Source: a virus
Virus record (IMG/VR): IMGVR_UViG_3300037755_000305
Coordinates: 96,001 to 160,000 of that record
Reading direction: 5' to 3' (one strand)
DNA length: 64,000 nt
Made by a program: the position numbers and the translations under genes. Below the pieces are notes generated by a model that saw only the letters and a program-made list of their open reading frames with translations, did no database searches and had not been told where the DNA came from. This document shows positions 58,025 through 64,000 of this stretch, one piece after another; within the stretch, counting starts at the first letter, position 1, and the number at the start of each line of letters is the position of its first letter.

Positions 58025-58534
58025 ATGCCTATCAGATTTCGCATATCCCCTCTAGCGCTTGCCCCTGGGGGAGCATTAGTTAGCTACACAGGTACGGATT
58101 TACCTCTAGCACAGACATTGCAATATCCAAGAATTCCAACATTGAACTCGGGGTCTAGCTTAATCGCTACAGTTTCTCCATTGACTTTTCGGTCAAACAT
58201 AAACGAGGACGGAACGTTCCCTATTAGACCTGCCAATTCCGTTAGCCAAACTAGCAAGTTGTTGGTGCATGTTTCTACTTCTGGGTCCGCTACAGTTCAT
58301 CATGCGGAAGACAACACCTACCAAACAGGGTTCAGCCTCGCTTACGGGTTGTACGTATCAATACAGGGAACTTCCATGCATGAAGACATATTCGAAAGGG
58401 CACTTAACGATACACGTGGGTCTCAGTTCAAGGCAAACCTACAAGAACTAATAGCGCGAAGCATACTTGAAGTTCGAAACCAATCCGGTGCTCCTATGAG
58501 CCCGTCAGAAATAGGCTCCTACATAGCGCCCTGA
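58025..58534 (+). CDS. paralog of 7032-7571
   Basis: FERAL...QFKANLQELIARSIL...MSPSEIGSYIAP; start placed at ATG 58025. Confidence 0.7.
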   Translation: MPIRFRISPLALAPGGALVSYTGTDLPLAQTLQYPRIPTLNSGSSLIATVSPLTFRSNINEDGTFPIRPANSVSQTSKLLVHVSTSGSATVHHAEDNTYQTGFSLAYGLYVSIQGTSMHEDIFERALNDTRGSQFKANLQELIARSILEVRNQSGAPMSPSEIGSYIAP

Positions 58535-58896
58535 TCTGCACTGACTTTCTCCCGTATCGCTTTTAGAGTACGGGATTCTTCTACGGCAGCCTTACGTCCC
58601 TCGGTAAGCGCTTTGACCGCTGCTTCAAGATCGCAATATCGAGCGTCGTGCTCAAGGCGATACTGTTCCATATAGCGTATCTGTTCCTTTAGGTGAAAGA
58701 TACACGCGGATTGGTCTTTGTGGACCGTCTCCCCGGAGTTAGCAGTGTGCAATTCTCCCATGTTTCCGCCACATGCGTCACAAAACCCGTACTGGGTATT
58801 GGAGCAGACCCTAGTCTCGTGATCTGCTGATTGCCACGAATCCTCGCTATCGTAGGTCTTGCCACAGTGCGAGCATAGAATGTAGTGGCTCGTCAT
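58519..58896 (-). CDS. zinc-finger plus coiled-coil hypothetical protein
   Basis: CSHC...C...CDAC...C..H. Confidence 0.65.
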   Translation of the reverse strand: MTSHYILCSHCGKTYDSEDSWQSADHETRVCSNTQYGFCDACGGNMGELHTANSGETVHKDQSACIFHLKEQIRYMEQYRLEHDARYCDLEAAVKALTEGRKAAVEESRTLKAIREKVSADQGAM

Positions 58897-59120
58897 GCCT
58901 GGATGTACTCCTTGGTAGGGTCCCCGTCCGGGCGACGCCTACCAGTCTCGCAGTGGCGGAACCAACCTTCCGGTTCTTTGCCTTCCTCAATATCCTCTAA
59001 GGCCGCGACCGCAGCCTCCTTGGAATCGTATCACCAGTTGTCGAAGACATTGAATCCGTCGGTTTTAATGATGCGGTACTTTCCCAGCAGCATTCCGCAA
59101 ATCTCATACCAAATCTTCAT
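58893..59120 (-). CDS. 75-codon gene with in-frame TGA at codon 30 (candidate selenoprotein, or nonsense pseudogene)
   Basis: MKIWYEICGMLLGKYRIIKTDGFNVFDNW*YDSKEAAVAALEDIEEGKEPEGWFRHCETGRRRPDGDPTKEYIQA; GGAG RBS; terminal TGA overlaps the next ATG; fills a gap in a tightly packed operon. Confidence 0.7.
58993..59024 (-). promoter_or_regulatory. candidate bacterial SECIS hairpin
   Basis: GAGGCUGC-GGUC-GCGGCCUU stem-loop with the loop starting 20 nt after the UGA. Confidence 0.5.
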
Positions 59121-59301
59121 CTATGTTCTCCATGTTATCGCGAATAGAAGCAGCCTTGTTCCTGGCGTGTCCTAGATCATCAGCCTCAATGCGGATCCAG
59201 CTCTGTCCCCACTCTTCAGTAAGCCCGCCCTGCCCTTCGAAAAAGTCTCCCTCTTTTACGAAGACATTTGGGTACTTCAAAAGTGCGTAGTATTTACCCA
59301 T
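59104..59301 (-). CDS. hypothetical protein
   Basis: small ORF overlapping both neighbours. Confidence 0.6.
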   Translation of the reverse strand: MGKYYALLKYPNVFVKEGDFFEGQGGLTEEWGQSWIRIEADDLGHARNKAASIRDNMENIDEDLV

Positions 59302-59497
59302 TGACCGGGCCATACATCTCATTCATGTAGTCTATGACATCGAGAACCGACGCGCTAGAAGCCACATTGGTTCCACGCGCTACCAATTCTTCGTAAATGT
59401 CTCCACCTGACACACCATAAGGAAACTTGGAATGGAATTCCTTGTCACTCATGATCTCTCGAACAACAGGTCCCCAAGGACGGTTTTCGTCAGACAT
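59294..59497 (-). CDS. hypothetical protein
   Basis: small ORF overlapping both neighbours. Confidence 0.55.
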   Translation of the reverse strand: MSDENRPWGPVVREIMSDKEFHSKFPYGVSGGDIYEELVARGTNVASSASVLDVIDYMNEMYGPVNG

Positions 59498-59885
59498 TCT
59501 TCTTCTTCGCCTTCTGTGCCGCAATGGCCCCGCGCCGGTTAGTAGTAGGTAGGAGCCTTAGCTCAGTTGCAACCTTGTCCAGATGCTCGATGAAGATCCC
59601 CAGTGGGAAAATATTGTCCTGCTCTTCGTGATCCCAGCGAACCTCTACCTGCAAGACGACACGCTCTCCGTTCGTATCGTTCACAGGCCATGCAGAAACT
59701 CGGCGAAGAGTGCCCACGTCCCCAATGCGGACGCGGCAGTCATCGCGAATGTCTTTAGGGCACGAACTGTTGAGCTTCACTTTATCACCAACTGCGAAAC
59801 CACAGTTCTTCAAAGACTCATCGTTCAGGCGATCGTATTCTTCCCATTCTGTTGTCATTTGCCACCGCAGATTGTCCACGTTCAC
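59490..59885 (-). CDS. hypothetical protein, SH3-like
   Basis: FAVGDKVKL..IGDVGT..VEVRWD. Confidence 0.6.
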   Translation of the reverse strand: MNVDNLRWQMTTEWEEYDRLNDESLKNCGFAVGDKVKLNSSCPKDIRDDCRVRIGDVGTLRRVSAWPVNDTNGERVVLQVEVRWDHEEQDNIFPLGIFIEHLDKVATELRLLPTTNRRGAIAAQKAKKKNV

Positions 59886-59893
59886 CCCCTACC

Positions 59894-60193
59894 CTACTTT
59901 CCTCGTTGATAGCATCCATACAGCCATACTGGACCCAGAACAACTAGAATCATAGATGCACCTACAAGAGGTCCGCTAATAGGGTTTTCCTTAGACATGC
60001 CTGCTACGGCCCCCAAGCATACGAAGCAAATAAACAAAAGAGTGCCTGGATGGTTGCCGTACTTATCCGAGTATGCAGCTCCTCTACGGATTCGTGTTAT
60101 GAACTCCCTCACTTTGTACTCCCAAAACATCGAGAAAAAACAGAAGGTAAGTGTAAACCAAAACCAAACCAGGGAGTAACATGTACCATCCAT
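59894..60193 (-). CDS. small membrane protein
   Basis: two to three hydrophobic segments. Confidence 0.5.
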   Translation of the reverse strand: MDGTCYSLVWFWFTLTFCFFSMFWEYKVREFITRIRRGAAYSDKYGNHPGTLLFICFVCLGAVAGMSKENPISGPLVGASMILVVLGPVWLYGCYQRGK

Positions 60194-60288
60194 ATGGTGT
60201 ACGTGTTACCGTCCTCGTTGATAACAAGACTTATTTTAGTCAAGCCCATCCAAGGTTTTCCCCAGGCGCTCGCTTGAAACTCCATCAG

Positions 60289-61521
60289 TTACCCCTTCAC
60301 GCACAAGACTTGTTTAAGCGTATGCTTGATTTCCACCAAAGACTCTTGAGCCTTCATCACACTGTCAATAGACTTATACGCACCAGGGGTTTCATCCAAA
60401 ACTCCAATGTCTTTTCTACATTCCACGCCCTCGGTAGCAGCAATGTGGTCGTCCAGCGTAAATTGTTTCTTGGCCGCAGAACGACTCATCACTCTCCCAG
60501 CACCATGCGAACACGAGTCGAAGCTTTCCGGGTTGCCCTTGCCCTCTACAATGAACGACTTAGCGCCCATCGAACCCGGGATGATTCCCATGACACCCTT
60601 GCGAGCGCACACAGCTCCCTTGCGGGTCAACCACACGTTGTCTCCGTAGTGGTTCTCGCGAGTAGTGTAGTTGTGGTGACAGTTGACGGCAACATCGTGC
60701 GTCAATAGCTTCTTCTGCGGAACTCCGCCCTCACGCTTCAGCGCGTCGAAAACCTGAACCACCATGAGATCACGATTGATGCGAGCAAAGTCCTGCCCCC
60801 ACTCCATAGCCTCGATGTAGTCATCGAAATACTGAGTGCCTTCCGGCAAGTACGCCAAGTCACGGTCCGGGAGGTGAATGAAATGCTTCGACATCTCTTC
60901 CTTCGCCAAATCCGTGAAGTATCGGCCGATAATGTTACCCGGACCACGGCTTCCCGAGTGTAGCATCAGCCACACGCGATCAGCCTCGTCCAAGCAAATC
61001 TCGATGAAGTGATTCCCGCTGCCCAGCGTACCTAGCTGCAAGGAAGCCGCCTTGTGGAAGATAGACTTGTGCTTCGCCAAAATGTTCTGGTAGCGAGCGT
61101 CCAACTTGTTGGCCCATGCTAGAGCATGCGTCTTCGGAACATCGCCCGAAGCGTATCCACCCTTGTTGTGGGAAGCCCCCTTGACAGCGCCAGTCGGAAC
61201 AGCGTGCTCGATAGCCGAACGCCAGCCCTTCAAGTTTGTCGGAAGGTCAGTGGACTCCATGCCCGTCCGTACGGCGACCATGCCGCAGCCAATATCGACC
61301 CCGACCGCAGACGGTATAATAGCCCCTTTCGTTGGAATGACTGAGCCTACAGTGGCCCCAAAACCAAAGTGGCAATCAGGCATGACGGCGACGTGCTTGT
61401 GGATGAACGGCAGAGATGCAACATTACGCAACTGTCCCAGAGCGGCTTCTTCGACCGGAACGCCCTTCGTGAATGCCTTGATCGGCACAAGGCCACCCTG
61501 ATAAACGTCAAAATCACTCAT
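60289..61521 (-). CDS. rtcB: RNA-splicing/repair ligase RtcB
   Basis: MPDCH.G.GATVG, AVGVDIGCGM, LGTLGSGNHFIE, MLHSGSRG, CHHNY, SCSHGAGR, DETPGAYK. Confidence 0.95.
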   Translation of the reverse strand: MSDFDVYQGGLVPIKAFTKGVPVEEAALGQLRNVASLPFIHKHVAVMPDCHFGFGATVGSVIPTKGAIIPSAVGVDIGCGMVAVRTGMESTDLPTNLKGWRSAIEHAVPTGAVKGASHNKGGYASGDVPKTHALAWANKLDARYQNILAKHKSIFHKAASLQLGTLGSGNHFIEICLDEADRVWLMLHSGSRGPGNIIGRYFTDLAKEEMSKHFIHLPDRDLAYLPEGTQYFDDYIEAMEWGQDFARINRDLMVVQVFDALKREGGVPQKKLLTHDVAVNCHHNYTTRENHYGDNVWLTRKGAVCARKGVMGIIPGSMGAKSFIVEGKGNPESFDSCSHGAGRVMSRSAAKKQFTLDDHIAATEGVECRKDIGVLDETPGAYKSIDSVMKAQESLVEIKHTLKQVLCVKG

Positions 61522-61865
61522 TTCGTTCTCCTCTGCTCCCGTGCTCTGTCTCTGCGGTTCATTTCACAATCTGCCGATTCGGGGATTCTACAGTCCCCGT
61601 AAAGTCTTCCGTTATCGAAAATACAGCCAAACGGACAGGTCTGTCCCACATTTGCAGCGATGTACGCACTAATCTGGTGCGGTGTCACACTGAGACCGCC
61701 CTTGTGCCGTCTTCGTTCTATCTCGTCCCAACTGAGGCCGGTGATCTCATGAAAATCTGGCGTCATTCTCGCGCCGTCAGGAGGTCGAATATCGACGTGA
61801 GAGCGCCCTACCTTGTATTCGTAGTCCTTTTCATCGACAGTGATGTTTCGATACCCATTGCTCAT
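61518..61865 (-). CDS. hypothetical protein
   Basis: overlapping, co-oriented ORF. Confidence 0.6.
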   Translation of the reverse strand: MSNGYRNITVDEKDYEYKVGRSHVDIRPPDGARMTPDFHEITGLSWDEIERRRHKGGLSVTPHQISAYIAANVGQTCPFGCIFDNGRLYGDCRIPESADCEMNRRDRAREQRRTK

Positions 61866-62077
61866 CTTGGATCTTCTCCAAGTTTTCCAGTAAGCTTGAA
61901 ATTCTCCTGAATCTCTGTTACATCACCGTGCCTGGGACAGATTATCCTACCATCAGCGTTATTTGTGATGAACCACCACTTGCGCGAATTTCTCCTGCCC
62001 AACCGAAACCAACAACGGCCCACGGAAACTCCGTCCCCAGTTCTCTCTCTTACTGCGCAATTACTTTCAAAAGACAT
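61862..62077 (-). CDS. hypothetical protein
   Basis: ATGA-coupled small ORF. Confidence 0.55.
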   Translation of the reverse strand: MSFESNCAVRERTGDGVSVGRCWFRLGRRNSRKWWFITNNADGRIICPRHGDVTEIQENFKLTGKLGEDPR

Positions 62078-62108
62078 GGTTACCTCATCGGCGACGGAGC
62101 CGAGAACT

Positions 62109-62411
62109 TTAGTCCAAATGCTCAGAAAACTGTTCCGGCGGCAATAGAGTAGTAACTAATGCGCGACGAGCGTCGAATACCGTCACTATCTTTCTTCCCC
62201 GGAGGGGAACAATGAAAGTGTATTGTTCTCCCTCTTGATTTACTTTCGTGAGAGTGTGCTTGAGAAAACAGGTACCCACAAGCTCCTCGCGAACCAGATT
62301 ACACAAAGTATCGTAGTCGTTGTCAAGCAACTCGAAACCGTAGCGCTCGCGCGCCCGTTCTTTGCAGTGCTGAAGGCTATACTCTCTCGGACTCTGATTC
62401 TTCCTCTTCAT
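62109..62411 (-). CDS. hypothetical protein
   Basis: HCKERARERYG motif; start placed at MKRKNQ. Confidence 0.6.
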   Translation of the reverse strand: MKRKNQSPREYSLQHCKERARERYGFELLDNDYDTLCNLVREELVGTCFLKHTLTKVNQEGEQYTFIVPLRGRKIVTVFDARRALVTTLLPPEQFSEHLD

Positions 62412-62709
62412 CTTCGTTCTCCGCGAATCGCATAAAAATGACTCGGCTTCCATCCCAGACCTTCAGCTCCCAGCCTTCAGCTCCCAATTCGTTCAGCCTG
62501 TCTTCCAGCCTGTCGTCGGCAGACAGACTGTGGGTTGTAACTACCTTGTACTCTACAGAATCATTGATAGTTTCATCGACAGGTGTGGTGTACGTGGTCG
62601 TGGTGCGGGACTCGAAGAAACCATCCTTGTGAATAGGCTCATCAGGAAAAATTCTATCGAATCCAAACACGTTATCGAAAAGGCTTTTAAATCTAGGGTG
62701 GGCGCTCAT
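62377..62709 (-). CDS. DUF4177-like protein
   Basis: EYKVV...LEDRLNELGAEGWEL. Confidence 0.65.
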   Translation of the reverse strand: MSAHPRFKSLFDNVFGFDRIFPDEPIHKDGFFESRTTTTYTTPVDETINDSVEYKVVTTHSLSADDRLEDRLNELGAEGWELKVWDGSRVIFMRFAENEDEEEESESERV

Positions 62710-63479
62710 ACCTCTACTCTCCAGTTAGGGTCAAAATTCTTGTTCTCATCCCCGGGCTCACCGTATCCGCACGGATTCATTCGGACTTTGGTTCCTGCAA
62801 TTTCATATTCCAAGCTTTGATGCGTGTGCCCATGGAACCAATACGCGATATCGTAGGCGTGCATGATGCCGTCGAGATCCGAATAGAACCCTGGGTTGAT
62901 AGCAGCCGCAGGATTCCGGTGAAACATAGGATGAACGCTCTTGAAGCTTGGAAGGTGGTGAGTCACAACAATCGTGGGCCCGTCATGCTCCTCATTCAGG
63001 GTTTCCATAATGAATTCTACAGCTTCTTTGTGCAGAGCAACCGTATCAGAAGCGCGAAGTAGCTTACCTGCATTCTTTATGTATCCGTAGTCTGCCATGC
63101 CCTGCTCTATCAGAACCATAGATGTTGGATTCTCGTGATTGATGTTCGTCCACAGAGTGGTTCCGACAAATCGCACGTCTCCAAGAACCTTCACATCCAT
63201 ATCTAGAAGAGTCACTTTATCGAAATATTCCAACTCCTCGCGAACGTCGTTTGCCAGAGTCGTGATATCGTTATGATAGAACTCGTGATTGCCCATTACG
63301 TACAGGACGTGGGCGAAGCGACTGGAAACCTGTTGAAGGAAGTCACAGGCGTCAACACCGGTAGCAATGTCTCCAGCCGCCACAAGGATGGTATCACCAT
63401 CCTCGGGCAGCTCAGGAACTACAGACTCCCAGTCCTTGCCGAATTCAAGGTGCATGTCCGATACGAGCCTAACCAGCAT
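62706..63479 (-). CDS. calcineurin-like metallophosphoesterase
   Basis: SDMH, AGDI, GNHE, THH, HGHTH motifs; start placed at MLVRLVSD. Confidence 0.88.
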   Translation of the reverse strand: MLVRLVSDMHLEFGKDWESVVPELPEDGDTILVAAGDIATGVDACDFLQQVSSRFAHVLYVMGNHEFYHNDITTLANDVREELEYFDKVTLLDMDVKVLGDVRFVGTTLWTNINHENPTSMVLIEQGMADYGYIKNAGKLLRASDTVALHKEAVEFIMETLNEEHDGPTIVVTHHLPSFKSVHPMFHRNPAAAINPGFYSDLDGIMHAYDIAYWFHGHTHQSLEYEIAGTKVRMNPCGYGEPGDENKNFDPNWRVEV

Positions 63480-63819
63480 TGACTTCTCTGCGTGCTCTCT
63501 GCGCTTGAATTGCCTGTCGGCGAGAATTGCCCTTGTCGATGGCATTCTCAACAGGCTGAACAACTTGCGACTTGATTGCGCAAGCGACGTGGTATCGGCT
63601 GACTTCAGCGAAGACGGCTACACCGACACTGTGCTCGACGTAAACCTCATCTACGTCGATGGCGAAGCCGATACTGCACTTCTCTCCGGCAGCGCAATCC
63701 CACTCCTTGCGGGAGCGGCGTCCTACAATCGTGACATCCGCTCGTGTACTGCCCTCAGCAGTCTTGGTCCTATCTGGGTGGGGCTTTACTCCCAGGATCT
63801 TCGTTACTCGCTGTCTCAT
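63469..63819 (-). CDS. hypothetical protein
   Basis: 116-aa ORF whose stop overlaps the phosphoesterase start. Confidence 0.5.
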   Translation of the reverse strand: MRQRVTKILGVKPHPDRTKTAEGSTRADVTIVGRRSRKEWDCAAGEKCSIGFAIDVDEVYVEHSVGVAVFAEVSRYHVACAIKSQVVQPVENAIDKGNSRRQAIQAQRARREVNAG

Positions 63820-63901
63820 TGGTGGTTCTCCCGTAATTGTGAGGGCAGTATACCATACCTATCGGTTCCTGCCAGGAGAACTTTAGAGAAAGGTGGGAGA
63901 T

Positions 63902-63971
<70 letters not shown>

Positions 63972-64000
63972 GCCAATCTCCCATCTGTGTGCAAGCCAGT

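Overview
This window comes from a large tailed bacteriophage, probably a jumbo myovirus, and uses the standard genetic code (TAA, TAG and TGA all end genes). The minus strand at 1-41.5 kb carries the packaging and head module: TerS candidate, TerL, an intein-containing portal, an Fe/Mn-SOD-like gene, prohead protease, scaffold-like protein, decoration protein and major capsid protein. It continues with a ~13 kb array of five Thr-rich (G-X-T) collagen-like fibre genes, a four-domain methyltransferase/GT2/TPR/GT9 protein, and an Acb1-like 2H phosphoesterase. The plus strand at 41.6-56.5 kb carries neck/structural genes, an HNH cassette, a holin-like gene, a 1490-aa CCA-adding enzyme/Fic fusion, a GH108 endolysin, a split LamG protein and a sulfotransferase. 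The accessory end holds an RfaE-II-like nucleotidyltransferase, an FGE-domain PEP-CTERM protein, RtcB, a metallophosphoesterase and an aberrant tRNA-Asn. Three signals stand out. (1) A small gene missing from the ORF track (58893-59120, minus) has an in-frame TGA followed by a hairpin closely resembling the E. coli fdhF SECIS, making it a candidate phage selenoprotein. (2) A putative virion-surface glycosylation system pairs BclA-like collagens with an SgtA-like GT2-TPR enzyme. (3) Several putative head-packaged effectors (CCA-Fic, Acb1-like, small proteins) share short LNW and RPC..CNPN motifs with head-module proteins. All family assignments come from motif recognition by eye; no database searches were run.
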